Below are positions 19,360 through 29,383 of a stretch of 64,000 nt of DNA, in pieces. Position 1 is the stretch's first letter. Each line of letters starts with the position of its first letter. Below the pieces are notes generated by a model. It was not told the origin of the DNA, ran no database searches, and saw nothing but the letters and a program-made list of their open reading frames with translations. Source of the stretch: Candidatus Obscuribacteraceae bacterium (GTDB lineage: Bacteria > Cyanobacteriota > Vampirovibrionia > Obscuribacterales > Obscuribacteraceae); contig JBGASG010000001.1 in assembly GCA_044229845.1 (NCBI GenBank), positions 480,001 to 544,000 on the forward strand, written 5' to 3'. Both the position numbers and the translations under genes were made by a program.

Positions 19360-20589
19360 ATGACCAAGCAGCTGACACCATTCGATCCCGGTTCAGAGCA
19401 ACACCAGAGTGAACCGTACAAAGTCTATGAAGAGTACCGGCGCCTGCCATCGGTGCATGCCGGTATCGGCACCCGGGGGCAAAATTGTTTCTACCTGTTT
19501 GCCTATGATCTCGTAGCGGCGGCGCTTAAAGATAGCCGCCTGGCGCACGATGCAGCCTCGCTGCACGAAACCGGTGGTGCGCCTGTGCCACCACAGACGG
19601 GATTTTTCGCCATCGCCCAAAACTTTTTGATCTCCTGCGACCCGCCCAAGCACACGCGTTTGCGCGCGCTGGTCAACCAGTCCTTTACGCCCACGATAGT
19701 CGAGTCTTTGCGTGGATTTATCGAGAACACCGCCGACCAGCTGCTCGACAATTGTGCCAGTCATTCGTCTGCATTTGACCTGATCTCGGAGTACTCATCG
19801 CCTCTTTCCTTGCTGATTATCGCCGCCATGCTCGGACTGAACGTCGGCAACGATCTGCAGGCTGACCAATTTAGAGAGTGGTCCGAGGCGCTGGCGACCA
19901 CAATGGAGTCGCAATCACCGGCAACCATCGGTCGCGCCGTGCAAGCCGGGGATGCTCTCTGCGACTCGTTGCGTGGCGTCATCGAACGCCGCCGCCGGAA
20001 GCCTGAAGATGACCTGATCAGCAACTTGATCGGCGTTGAGGAAAGTGGTGGTGGCAAATTGAATGAAATCGAAATGCTGGCGATTTGCATGATGATTGTC
20101 GTGGCTGGGCATGAAACCACGGCCAGCCTGATTGGCAATGGACTTCTGGCTTTGCTGAACAATCCCCTGCAACTGAGCTGCCTGCGCGACGAGCCGCAGT
20201 TAGCTAGAGGTGCGGTGGAAGAGATGCTGCGGTTCGATCCGCCCGGTCGCATCGCCTGGCGTTGGGCTGCCTGTGACCTGAAGCTGGGCAACACGGACAT
20301 CCCGCGCCTGTCCCAAGTCGGTCTGGTGGTTGCCTCGGCAAACCGTGATGAGCGGAAGTTTGCCGATCCCGATCGTTTTGATATCAGCCGCGATGCCAGT
20401 GGACATCTGGCGTTCGGCTTGGGCAGCCATTTCTGTCTTGGCGCTCCCCTGGCTCGGCTGACCGGCGAGATTGCCTTTCAAAAGTTGCTGGCGCGTTTTC
20501 CCGCGCTGTCGCTTGACACATCGCATCAGCTCGAGTGGCGGGAGAGCAAAAGTTTTCGCTCCTTGAAGAAACTGCTGCTGCATCGGTGA
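19360..20589 (+). CDS. Cytochrome P450
   Basis: DPPKHTRLR, AGHETT, EEMLR, FGLGSHFCLG. Confidence 0.95.
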   Translation: MTKQLTPFDPGSEQHQSEPYKVYEEYRRLPSVHAGIGTRGQNCFYLFAYDLVAAALKDSRLAHDAASLHETGGAPVPPQTGFFAIAQNFLISCDPPKHTRLRALVNQSFTPTIVESLRGFIENTADQLLDNCASHSSAFDLISEYSSPLSLLIIAAMLGLNVGNDLQADQFREWSEALATTMESQSPATIGRAVQAGDALCDSLRGVIERRRRKPEDDLISNLIGVEESGGGKLNEIEMLAICMMIVVAGHETTASLIGNGLLALLNNPLQLSCLRDEPQLARGAVEEMLRFDPPGRIAWRWAACDLKLGNTDIPRLSQVGLVVASANRDERKFADPDRFDISRDASGHLAFGLGSHFCLGAPLARLTGEIAFQKLLARFPALSLDTSHQLEWRESKSFRSLKKLLLHR

Positions 20590-20630
20590 GGCGCGTGGCT
20601 GCCAGAGTCATGTTGGTGAGCTATATTAGT

Positions 20631-20650
20631 AGGCAGGCAGGCAGGCAGGC
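20631..20650. repeat. (AGGC)5 intergenic microsatellite
   Basis: aggcaggcaggcaggcaggc, 18 nt upstream of the ATG at 20669. Confidence 0.7.
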
Positions 20651-20668
20651 GATTGGCGGAACTTTCAT

Positions 20669-21145
20669 ATGAATAGCAACGGACAGAACGGCGTGGAGAC
20701 CGAAAGGCTTTTAGTGGAGCACGACCAGCTCCTTTCTCGGTCCAGGCACGCAGAGGCGAAAGTGCTCTTGCAAGATGCCCTGGTGGCTGCCTACGAAGAC
20801 AATCCGATGAGCATGGACGTGATTCGGCTTCTGGATGCCCTGGCGCTTGGCTGCAAGGAAGTCGAGCAGTTTCAGGAGGCTTCCGTCTATCTGGCGCAGT
20901 CCCTGGCGCTGAAGAAACTGCTGCTCGGTCCGAAGCATCCCGACATTGTCATTGCCATGCGCCGTCTGGGTTTCTGTCTCGATCCCGATCGAGCCCGTGT
21001 GATCAGGGTGGCAACCAAACGGTTGGCCAAGGAATTGGGGCTGACGGATCAAATTATCGTTGAAGATCTGGTTGCGGAAGATCACTTGTTGACGGCTGAG
21101 CAACTGGCAAAACTGGAGCGGCTCCTGAAGCACTGCGATAACTGA
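20669..21145 (+). CDS. Short TPR protein (kinesin-light-chain-like repeat)
   Basis: LA..C....QFQEA..YL.QSLALKKLLLGPKHPDI. Confidence 0.7.
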   Translation: MNSNGQNGVETERLLVEHDQLLSRSRHAEAKVLLQDALVAAYEDNPMSMDVIRLLDALALGCKEVEQFQEASVYLAQSLALKKLLLGPKHPDIVIAMRRLGFCLDPDRARVIRVATKRLAKELGLTDQIIVEDLVAEDHLLTAEQLAKLERLLKHCDN

Positions 21146-22064
21146 CCAGTTGCAACGCGCCCAGCACCGTTTCGGCTGCCAATGAATCCATACAGCGGAA
21201 CCCCTCCGATACGCAGGACCAGTCGTGCGGCGTGAAGTCCGGGCCCGCCTGGGGACGTTCGTTGTGTGCGCACGCTCTTTCTGTTGCATAACACGCCGAT
21301 GCGCAGGGCTGCCCGGCGACTATCGCCTGCACGTGCGCATACGGGCGAAAGTAGATAGGATTGTGCCGATAGAGAGCGACGGTGGGAATGCTTTGATGCA
21401 CAGCCAGGTGCATGAGTCCGGTGTCGACTGCCACCACTGCGCGACTGCTCGAGATGACATCGATAGCTTCAGGCAAGCTGGGAGTGGGCAGCCAGGGCCA
21501 ACCAGCGGACAGCAACTGCGCCACTGCCGGCGAATGCTCAGGCTCGCCGAGCACGGCGATTTTCAATTTGCCGCCCGCCTGCAGCGATAGCCAGTTTTCG
21601 GTCGGCCAGCACTTAAATGAGAAGGCGCTGCCGGGGATCAACAAGACTGTATCGGCAAGCTCCGGCCGCGGCGTGAACGCCAGCCTTTCCAGGCGATCGA
21701 GACTGGCGTCGATACCCAGGTCTCGACAAATATGTCCGAGAATGTCGTTGATTCGATAACTGGGATAGGCAGCTGAAAATGTGTCGGATCCCCACCAGTA
21801 GTCAGTCTGCAGAGGGTGATTGCGCATGTCGAAATAGCTGTCGCCGGCTGACAGTTGGCGAGGATCGAACTGCCACTCGAGCACGGTTCCTGACAGTCCG
21901 GGAATGCGATCTGCCAGTTGGGCATGGGCACTGGCTCTCAAAATGAGCCAGGTCTGCGCGCCTGCGGCAATCAAAGATTGCACTACCGGCAGTGTCACAA
22001 TCAAGTCACCCAATCCTAGTGCCGGCGGTGCCAGAAAAACTCTTCTTGTGCCGCTCTTGTTCAT
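21054..22064 (-). CDS. Glycosyltransferase family 9
   Basis: GLGDLIVTLP, LIPGSAFSFKCWP, VDTGLMHLA; ATG 22064 overlaps the folB stop. Confidence 0.85.
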   Translation of the reverse strand: MNKSGTRRVFLAPPALGLGDLIVTLPVVQSLIAAGAQTWLILRASAHAQLADRIPGLSGTVLEWQFDPRQLSAGDSYFDMRNHPLQTDYWWGSDTFSAAYPSYRINDILGHICRDLGIDASLDRLERLAFTPRPELADTVLLIPGSAFSFKCWPTENWLSLQAGGKLKIAVLGEPEHSPAVAQLLSAGWPWLPTPSLPEAIDVISSSRAVVAVDTGLMHLAVHQSIPTVALYRHNPIYFRPYAHVQAIVAGQPCASACYATERACAHNERPQAGPDFTPHDWSCVSEGFRCMDSLAAETVLGALQLVSYRSASGAAPVLPVAQPSTSDLPQPDLQR

Positions 22065-22420
22065 TTCTGAGTTCCGCTTTTTACTTCCAGCTCCACAGAG
22101 GTGGAATCGGCGGACTTGACGGCATTCGGCTTGTCGACCTCGACGCGCGCGCGGCAGATGCGTTTGTCCTCCATGACCGTGCGCAGCACGTTTCCTGCCA
22201 GAGTTTCGATCAGCTGATACTGGGAATTTTCGACGAGCTCGATCACCTTTTTGGAGATCGTGCGGTAGTCGATTGTGTCTTCCAGGTTGTCCGAGCGGGC
22301 GGCCTCTTGACCGTCGAACTCGACCTCTAAATTGATAATCACCGCTTGCGGCTCTGTCCTTTCCCAGGGGTTGACACCAACTATCGCTCGCAATCTGAGA
22401 TTTTTGATACGGATGATCAT
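22061..22420 (-). CDS. folB: Dihydroneopterin aldolase / dihydroneopterin triphosphate epimerase (FolB/FolX family)
   Basis: IRIKNLRLRAIVGV..WER..PQ, TIDY, LIETLA, VEVDKP. Confidence 0.88.
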   Translation of the reverse strand: MIIRIKNLRLRAIVGVNPWERTEPQAVIINLEVEFDGQEAARSDNLEDTIDYRTISKKVIELVENSQYQLIETLAGNVLRTVMEDKRICRARVEVDKPNAVKSADSTSVELEVKSGTQK

Positions 22421-23334
22421 CGAACCGGCTCCGGAGTTTTGAGTTTGTCCAGCACTGCATCAACAGAGATCTGAGTCATGCAACGCTCAGCTTCGGTTTC
22501 CTGGCATTGCCAGTTCTTGAGCGGCGCCCAGCTTTGCCACTCGACGTCTTCGTTGAGCGGCTCTTCCATTGATAAATCGAAACAGCGGCTGCCGCATGCC
22601 GGTGCCGTGACGGCGGCGGCGTTCTTTTCGCGGCGCATATAAAAGGGTTCGTTCAAGTAAAGCCCGATTGTCGGTGTGCCCTGGTGAATCGAAAGATGCA
22701 TGGGACCGGTGTCGATTGATACCACAGACAGTGCCGATGAAACTGCATCGACGAGATCGGCGAACGTGGGAGTCGGCCAGTGTCGCAGTCCGGCGCGCAA
22801 AAGTTCATGCACCGGCGGCGACTTGTCCGGCTCGCCGATGACCAGCACGCGACCGTGCAGCCGTTCTGCGAGAGTCAGCCAGTGTTGGGTCGGCCAGCGT
22901 TTTACGTCGTGAGAACTGCCCGGCACCAGCAAAATCTGGTCGTGCAGTTGGCTGACGGTGCGGTACGGCAAGGGTCTAAGTGTGCTGAAGTCGCAGACAA
23001 TTCCCTTGTCGGCGGCGATGTGCGCTGCTACTTCCATGATCAAATAGTCCGGATAGAGATTTTTGAACTCCGGCGTGTCCCACCTGTACTCGGTCTGCAG
23101 TGGGTGGTCTCGCATGTTCAGGTAACGACTGCCCGGAGGCAGTGGTTGGCTGAGAAAGTCCGGCTCGGAAATAGTTCCGGACAGCCCCGGTATGTACCCT
23201 GCCAGTCCCAACTGAGCCGGGGAGCGCACCACCAGAATCGTTTCTTCACCAGAGGCAATCAGCGCCTGCAAAGCCGGCAGGGAAATCACTAAATCTCCCA
23301 ACCCTCGACTGATCGGCGAAAAATATACGGACAT
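22417..23334 (-). CDS. Glycosyltransferase family 9 (paralog of 21054-22064)
   Basis: GLGDLVISLP, LVPGSSHDVKRWP, IDTGPMHL; shares MRxHPLQTxYxW with its paralog. Confidence 0.85.
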   Translation of the reverse strand: MSVYFSPISRGLGDLVISLPALQALIASGEETILVVRSPAQLGLAGYIPGLSGTISEPDFLSQPLPPGSRYLNMRDHPLQTEYRWDTPEFKNLYPDYLIMEVAAHIAADKGIVCDFSTLRPLPYRTVSQLHDQILLVPGSSHDVKRWPTQHWLTLAERLHGRVLVIGEPDKSPPVHELLRAGLRHWPTPTFADLVDAVSSALSVVSIDTGPMHLSIHQGTPTIGLYLNEPFYMRREKNAAAVTAPACGSRCFDLSMEEPLNEDVEWQSWAPLKNWQCQETEAERCMTQISVDAVLDKLKTPEPVR

Positions 23335-23358
23335 TGATACCGCTAATGATGCCGTGAG

Positions 23359-24444
23359 TTATTTGGTGCCGCCAGCATTCAAGGTTGCCAATCCTTCGGA
23401 GGCTGGCTTGAATTGCGGATTGATCTCCAGCGCTGCGTTGTATTCGCTCTTGGCTGCTTCTTTGTTGCCTTGTTTTTCTAAAAACTTGGCGTATGCCGTG
23501 CGCACGGTCACGTCTTTGGGCGAGATGGCAACGGCGTTTTTGAAGGCGATCTCGGCTTTGGCGGTATCGCCTTTCTTGAGCAGAAACTCTCCGAGGCGGA
23601 TATGTGCGGGCATGAAACGTGGATAGGAGCGAATGGCCATCTGCTGGCTCTTGATGCCTTCATCGGTGAAGCCTTTTTCAAACTGCACCACACCCAATCC
23701 GGAAAGGGCGTTGGGGTGTCCGGGAGCAATCTTGAGAGCGTGTTTGAAGGCGTCGCCGGCTTGCTCGTAGTCTTTGGCGTCGAGGTTGATGTTGCCCAGG
23801 TTTACATATGCTTCGGGGAACTTCGGCTCGAGTTTGATCGCTTCTTCCTCTTCTTTAATGGCTTCTTTGAGGTTGCCTTTGCGCGACAGGAGAATGCCTA
23901 AGTTCAGGTGCGGCAGCGCTCGCTCTGGTTTGAGTTCGGCGGCTTTTCTGAATGCGGTGATCGATTCGTCGATGCTGCCTTTTTGCAAAAGTGCCACGCC
24001 GTAATCTACCTGTGCACCGAAGGACGTCGGCTTCAGTTCGATGGCTTGCTTGAATTCTGCCAGCGCTTCGTCGATTTTGCCTTGATTGGTATAGACCTGA
24101 CCGAGAGTGACGTGCGGCATGAAGTATTTGGGGTCGAGCTTGACCGAGAGCTTAGCTTCGTTGATGGCTGTCTCATAATGGTCTTCGCCGGAAGCGCCGA
24201 GGGAAGCTGCCAGGCGTTGGTGCGCTTTGGGCGAATCAGGATTCATACGCACTGCTTCCTGGAACGCGGAGACTGCCAGTTTAAGCTGCTGTGGTGTCAG
24301 AGGCAGCTTCGACATCAATTTGTCGCCTTTGGCGATCTGAGCATCGACGGCGGCATCATCGGCCGCGAGCGCCAGTCCTTGCACTGCCAGGGAGAGGGAA
24401 ACCGAAATCTGGACAGCTGTTGCTATGAGTTTGTGGCTTTTCAA
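23359..24444 (-). CDS. Secreted multi-TPR protein
   Basis: TTG 24444 after GAGGAAG gives a signal peptide (ALA-AD); about 8 TPRs (A..L.P....A..NLG). Confidence 0.85.
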   Translation of the reverse strand: MKSHKLIATAVQISVSLSLAVQGLALAADDAAVDAQIAKGDKLMSKLPLTPQQLKLAVSAFQEAVRMNPDSPKAHQRLAASLGASGEDHYETAINEAKLSVKLDPKYFMPHVTLGQVYTNQGKIDEALAEFKQAIELKPTSFGAQVDYGVALLQKGSIDESITAFRKAAELKPERALPHLNLGILLSRKGNLKEAIKEEEEAIKLEPKFPEAYVNLGNINLDAKDYEQAGDAFKHALKIAPGHPNALSGLGVVQFEKGFTDEGIKSQQMAIRSYPRFMPAHIRLGEFLLKKGDTAKAEIAFKNAVAISPKDVTVRTAYAKFLEKQGNKEAAKSEYNAALEINPQFKPASEGLATLNAGGTK

Positions 24445-24597
24445 GATCTTCTTCCTCGTGTCTCTTGGCAGGCGGGCAGCGGAAAGTATATATATCCAAT
24501 TCGAGCGCGTGACGCCATGCGATACTATCAAGGCCGCCGCGAAAGCACGCTAGAGCTTTGTCATTATTAACGCTTTGAGAACGCTTGAGACTGACTG

Positions 24598-25623
24598 GTG
24601 ACCGAAAGCGCCTTTCTAAAAGCCTGCCGCCGAGAGCCCAACGCTCTCACACCTGTCTGGCTGATGCGCCAGGCCGGACGCTTCCTGCCTGAGTTTCGCG
24701 AGATCAGGCGCAAGGTCGATTTTCTGACGCTCTGCAAAACTCCGGCTCTGGCGACCGAAGTCACGGTCATGGCCGTGGAGAAGTTAAAGGTTGATGCGGC
24801 GATCATTTTTGCCGATATCCTGCTGCCTCTGGACGCAATGGAGCGGGGATTGGAGTACGTTAAAGGCGAGGGACCGGTGATTCATAAACCGGTGCGTACT
24901 CCTGAGGACGTGCGAGCGCTTGGCGACCACCCGCACGAGAGCCTGTCCTATGTTTATGAAGCCCTGAAAATGACCAGGCAGGCGCTGCCGGCGGACAAGG
25001 CGTTAATCGGCTTTGCCGGTGCTCCATTTACAGTTGCGTCTTATTTGATCGAAGGCGGCTCGTCGCGCAATTTCGATCACACCAAGGCCTTCATGTATAA
25101 ACACAAAGCCGCCTGGGACGAGCTGCTCGGCAAGATCACTACTTTCACGTGCCAGTATCTGCAAGGACAGATTGCTGCCGGCGCGCAAGCTTATCAGCTG
25201 TTCGACAGTTGGGTGGGTAGCCTCTCTCCACAAGATTACCAGGAGTATGTGCAGCCATTTTCGCGCCGTGTGTTTGATACCGTCACCGGTGCGCCGTCGA
25301 TTCATTTCGGAACCGGCACCACCACTTTGCTGGAGTTGATGCGGGATGCGGGTGGTGACGTGATCGGCGTCGACTGGCGTATAAATCTTGACGAAGCCTG
25401 GCAGCGTGTCTCGTATGACCGCGCCATTCAGGGTAACCTCGATCCGTGTGTTTTACTTTCAGAAAAGAGTGAAATTAAGCGGCGCGTGGAATTAATACTA
25501 AGACAGGCAGAAAGGCGACCGGGGCACATCTTCAACCTTGGACACGGCGTTTTACCGCCTACTGAACCGCACATGGTCGAATACCTGGTCGAACTCGTAC
25601 ACGAAATGAGCGCTCAACCGTAG
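24598..25623 (+). CDS. hemE: Uroporphyrinogen decarboxylase
   Basis: PVWLMRQAGR, LIGFAGAPFT, QLFDSW, QGNLDP, IFNLGHG. Confidence 0.98.
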   Translation: MTESAFLKACRREPNALTPVWLMRQAGRFLPEFREIRRKVDFLTLCKTPALATEVTVMAVEKLKVDAAIIFADILLPLDAMERGLEYVKGEGPVIHKPVRTPEDVRALGDHPHESLSYVYEALKMTRQALPADKALIGFAGAPFTVASYLIEGGSSRNFDHTKAFMYKHKAAWDELLGKITTFTCQYLQGQIAAGAQAYQLFDSWVGSLSPQDYQEYVQPFSRRVFDTVTGAPSIHFGTGTTTLLELMRDAGGDVIGVDWRINLDEAWQRVSYDRAIQGNLDPCVLLSEKSEIKRRVELILRQAERRPGHIFNLGHGVLPPTEPHMVEYLVELVHEMSAQP

Positions 25624-25634
25624 CGGGAAGTTGC

Positions 25635-27347
25635 ATGTCGCCTAACGCGAACGACAACGAGAAAAGCGAAGCGGCATCACCGGTGGTGCGCCCGAAAGTA
25701 GTTGTGATCGGCGCCGGCATTACCGGACTCTCGGCTGCCTATGAAGTGCTCACGCTCATGGACGGGCAGGTCGATGTGGTCGTGCTGGAGGCCATGGGGC
25801 GTGTAGGTGGCACGGTCAACACTTACGACATGGGCGACCTGGTTCTGGAATTGGGACCAGATTCCTTCTTTACGCAAAAGCCTGTGATGCTCGACTTGAT
25901 CAAGCGTCTCGACCTGGAAAAGCACCTGATCTGGACGAGCAACGAAAACCGTCGCACCCTGGTCGCTCATGAAGGCAAGCTCTGGCATCTGCCGGAAGGC
26001 TTTGCCATGTACGGACCCACCAAGCTGAAGCCGTTTCTCGATTCGCCCCTCTTCACGTGGAGCGGCAAGTTGCGGGCTTGCATGGACATGGCTCTGCCGA
26101 AGCGCTCCGGCGGCGGCGATGAGAGCCTTTCCGCATTTGTGCGCCGCCGTCTCGGTGACGAAATGCTCGAGCGGGTGATTCAGCCACTGGTCGCCGGCAT
26201 GTACACCGCCGATCCGGATCTGTTGAGCGTCAAATCGGGACTGCCGCGCCTCTACGATCTGGAACAGAAATACGGCAGCGTCACCCGCGGTCTGATAGCG
26301 GAAGCGCAGAAGACCGGTAGTAACGGCAGCGAGGAAGAAACCGAAGGCGGACCGCGCTATGGAATGTTTGCCAGTCTGGACGGCGGCATGTCGATCTTGA
26401 TCGATGGACTGATTAAAAAGCTGCCACTAAATACGGTGAGGACCCAATCGTACGCGATGCGTATCCGTCCCGGTGAGCATGAGAAACTCTGGGATGTGTG
26501 CCTGTTTGACGGTTCGATTTTGCCCTGCGATGCGGTGATTGTCGCCACTCCGGCCTTCCGGGCCGCCGACGTCATTCAGGACTTATCTCAGGACGCCTCG
26601 GAAAAGCTTCGTTCTATCTCGCATGCATCTTCGATCGTCGTCAATGTTATGTTCTATCGCGACGATGTCCCTCATGCTCTAGACGCTTTCGGGTTCGTGG
26701 TGCCCCGTTCGGAGAAACGCTCGATCATCGCTTGCAGTTTCAGCAGCAATAAATTCCCGGGACGCGCCCCTCAAGACAAGGTATTGATGCGTGTCTTCTT
26801 TGGCGGCGCCCTGCAGCCGGAAGTTTATGACTTTGCCGACGAGCATCTGCAGTGCCTGCTCTGGGAAGACCTGCATACTTATTTGGGAATTCGCGTTTTG
26901 CCGGTCTTCACGATGGTGACGCGCCACCCACAAGCGATGCCCCAGTACCATGTCGGGCATGGGGAGCTGATTGCCTCCGTCCGAAAGTCGTTGAAGGACC
27001 ATCCGGGTGTCGAGCTGGCCGGCAATGCTTACCAGGGCGTCGGCATTCCCGATTGCGTGCTCAGCGCGCAGACGGCTGCTCGCTCGGTGGCAGCAGTGCT
27101 CAAGCATCTGCCTGCCGCCCAGGCGCAAACGGCTGATCCGACGGCTGCAGTAACTTTGGCGGACATCCCGGAAGACTCCGAGGAAAAGGCGCAAGAAGCA
27201 CCCGAAGAAGAGAAGGCGCCGCAAGAGGAAAACTCAGAGGCACCCGCCGACGAGACCGATGCAGCCGCGGACGCTGCCTCTCAGGCTGACGGCGTTGAAC
27301 CTCCCGACTCGGAACCGAGTGCCCCCGAAGATACTATATATAGGTAG
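25635..27347 (+). CDS. hemG: Protoporphyrinogen/coproporphyrinogen oxidase (HemY-type) with acidic C-terminal tail
   Basis: VIGAGITGL, ELGPDSF, GFVVP, PQYHVGH, GVGIPDC; follows hemE. Confidence 0.93.
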   Translation: MSPNANDNEKSEAASPVVRPKVVVIGAGITGLSAAYEVLTLMDGQVDVVVLEAMGRVGGTVNTYDMGDLVLELGPDSFFTQKPVMLDLIKRLDLEKHLIWTSNENRRTLVAHEGKLWHLPEGFAMYGPTKLKPFLDSPLFTWSGKLRACMDMALPKRSGGGDESLSAFVRRRLGDEMLERVIQPLVAGMYTADPDLLSVKSGLPRLYDLEQKYGSVTRGLIAEAQKTGSNGSEEETEGGPRYGMFASLDGGMSILIDGLIKKLPLNTVRTQSYAMRIRPGEHEKLWDVCLFDGSILPCDAVIVATPAFRAADVIQDLSQDASEKLRSISHASSIVVNVMFYRDDVPHALDAFGFVVPRSEKRSIIACSFSSNKFPGRAPQDKVLMRVFFGGALQPEVYDFADEHLQCLLWEDLHTYLGIRVLPVFTMVTRHPQAMPQYHVGHGELIASVRKSLKDHPGVELAGNAYQGVGIPDCVLSAQTAARSVAAVLKHLPAAQAQTADPTAAVTLADIPEDSEEKAQEAPEEEKAPQEENSEAPADETDAAADAASQADGVEPPDSEPSAPEDTIYR

Positions 27348-27364
27348 AGGAAGTAGGTAGAGGA

Positions 27365-29383
27365 ATGCCGCGTGACCTGCCACTGGGAAACGGCACCGTG
27401 CTGGTCAATTTCGACCGGGACTACAACCTGCGCGACATACACTTTCCGGAAGTCGGGATGGACAACCACAGCGTCGGACATCCGTCGCGGTTCGGTGTCT
27501 TTTGCGAGGGGCAGTTTGCCTGGCTCTCCGCCGAATACATCCGGCAACGGCTCTACCTCACCGACGCTCTCCAGACCGATGTGGTCGCCACCATCCCGCA
27601 TCTGCAGCTCGAGCTGCGCTTCAACGATGCCGTCGACTTCTACCTCTGGACCTTCGTACGCAAGGTCAGCGTCAAAGACTTGAGCGGCCGCGATCGCGAA
27701 GTGCGGCTCTTCTTTCACCATGACTTTCACATCGTCGAACATGACATCGGCGACACTGCTTACTTCGATCCTGAGACCAGCAGCCTGATTCATTACAAAG
27801 ATGCGCGCTACTTCCTGATGAATGCCTGTGTTCAGGGGCATATAGGCTGGTCGCAATACGCCACCGGCACCAAGGAAACTGCCGGCATGCAGGGCACCTG
27901 GCGCGATGCCGAAGACGGAGTTTTGGGCGGTAATCCCATCGCGCAGGGCTCAGTAGATTCGACCGGCGCGGTTCATTTGAATGTCCCCGCCCGTGGTGAA
28001 CAGGTAGCACACTATTGGATGACCTTTGGCATCAAGTACGAAAAGGTCGTGAAGCTCAACGAGATCGTGCTGCAAAAAACGCCTGAAAAACTGCTGCACC
28101 GCACCGAAAGGTACTGGCACCTCTGGGTCAATAAAGACCCGCATCGCTTTGCCGATCTATCCGACGGCTCTGCTGAACTATTCAAACGCAGCCTTTTGAT
28201 CATGCGTACTAACTGCGATGACGGCGGGGCCATTATCGCTGCCAACGATTACGACATTGCTCAGTTCGGGCGCGATACCTACTCTTACATGTGGCCGCGC
28301 GATGGCGCGCTGGTTGCCGATGCCTTTGCGTCAGCCGGGTTTTTGTCGGTTTCACGGTCGTTTTTCCAGTTTTGCCTGAAGGTGATCACTGAAGAAGGCT
28401 ACTTGCTCCACAAGTACAATGCCGACGGCACGGTCGGTTCGAGCTGGCATCCATGGCTCAGACAGGGAGTGCCAACGCTGCCCATTCAGGAGGACGAAAC
28501 GGCGCTTGTGCTCTGGGCTTTGTGGCGACACTTCAATGCCTTTCGCGACGTTGAGGCGGTGCGCCCGCTCTACCGACGCCTGATCAGCAACGCGGCTGAC
28601 TTCCTGGTCTCATTCCGCGACGAAGAAACGGGACTGCCTCTGCCTTCATACGACCTCTGGGAAGAACGCTTTGGCATTCACCTGTTCACGGTCGCTGCCG
28701 TGATCGGTGGGCTGGAAGCGGCGGCGCGGTTTGCCACCGCATTCGGCGAAGATGAGCAAGCGGAGCGGTATACCCTTTGTGCCGAGGAGACACGGCAGGC
28801 GATGATCAAGCATATGTGGTCTCCACCGCATCAGCGCTTCGCCCGCATGGCGACCCGCACCAAATCCGGTTACACCCTGGATGTGACGATCGATGCGGCT
28901 AACTATGGCGTATTCGCCTTCGGCGCTCTGCCCGCCGATGACCCGAAAGTGGTCGCCACGATGAGCGCTATCGAAGAGCGTCTTTCTATAAAAACACAGG
29001 TTGGTGGGGTTGCCCGCTATGAAAACGATTATTACCAGCAGGTTTCTCAAGATATTGAAAATGTGGCGGGCAACCCTTGGTTCATCTGCACGCTCTGGGT
29101 CGCTCAACATAAGATCGCTGTCGCCAAAAGTCCTGATGACTTAACACGCGCCAGGGAGATTCTCGAATGGGTGGTAGGGCACGCTTTGCCCTCCGGGGTG
29201 CTGGCTGAGCAGGTTCACCCCTATACGGGTGAGCCGCTCTCTGTTTCGCCCCTCACGTGGAGTCACGCCACTTTTGTAACCTGCGTGTTAGAGTATGTCC
29301 AAGCTCGTGAGCGTCTGTCCGGCAAGCACCCAACTAAACAATCCCCAGCTTCAGTTTCAATCGGCGTCCCAAACAATGCTTAG
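27365..29383 (+). CDS. Glycoside hydrolase family 15 (glucoamylase-like)
   Basis: YSYMWPRDG, QEDET, YDLWEER, LAEQV..SVSPLTWSHA. Confidence 0.93.
   Translation: MPRDLPLGNGTVLVNFDRDYNLRDIHFPEVGMDNHSVGHPSRFGVFCEGQFAWLSAEYIRQRLYLTDALQTDVVATIPHLQLELRFNDAVDFYLWTFVRKVSVKDLSGRDREVRLFFHHDFHIVEHDIGDTAYFDPETSSLIHYKDARYFLMNACVQGHIGWSQYATGTKETAGMQGTWRDAEDGVLGGNPIAQGSVDSTGAVHLNVPARGEQVAHYWMTFGIKYEKVVKLNEIVLQKTPEKLLHRTERYWHLWVNKDPHRFADLSDGSAELFKRSLLIMRTNCDDGGAIIAANDYDIAQFGRDTYSYMWPRDGALVADAFASAGFLSVSRSFFQFCLKVITEEGYLLHKYNADGTVGSSWHPWLRQGVPTLPIQEDETALVLWALWRHFNAFRDVEAVRPLYRRLISNAADFLVSFRDEETGLPLPSYDLWEERFGIHLFTVAAVIGGLEAAARFATAFGEDEQAERYTLCAEETRQAMIKHMWSPPHQRFARMATRTKSGYTLDVTIDAANYGVFAFGALPADDPKVVATMSAIEERLSIKTQVGGVARYENDYYQQVSQDIENVAGNPWFICTLWVAQHKIAVAKSPDDLTRAREILEWVVGHALPSGVLAEQVHPYTGEPLSVSPLTWSHATFVTCVLEYVQARERLSGKHPTKQSPASVSIGVPNNA

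Noticed and set aside
20631..20650. (AGGC)5 as a phase-variation switch
   Set aside because: Only five units, intergenic, with no evidence of length variation.
22065..22463. Apparent 469 aa GT9 with a long N-terminal extension
   Set aside because: The extension overlaps folB in another frame; the real start is probably ATG 22064.
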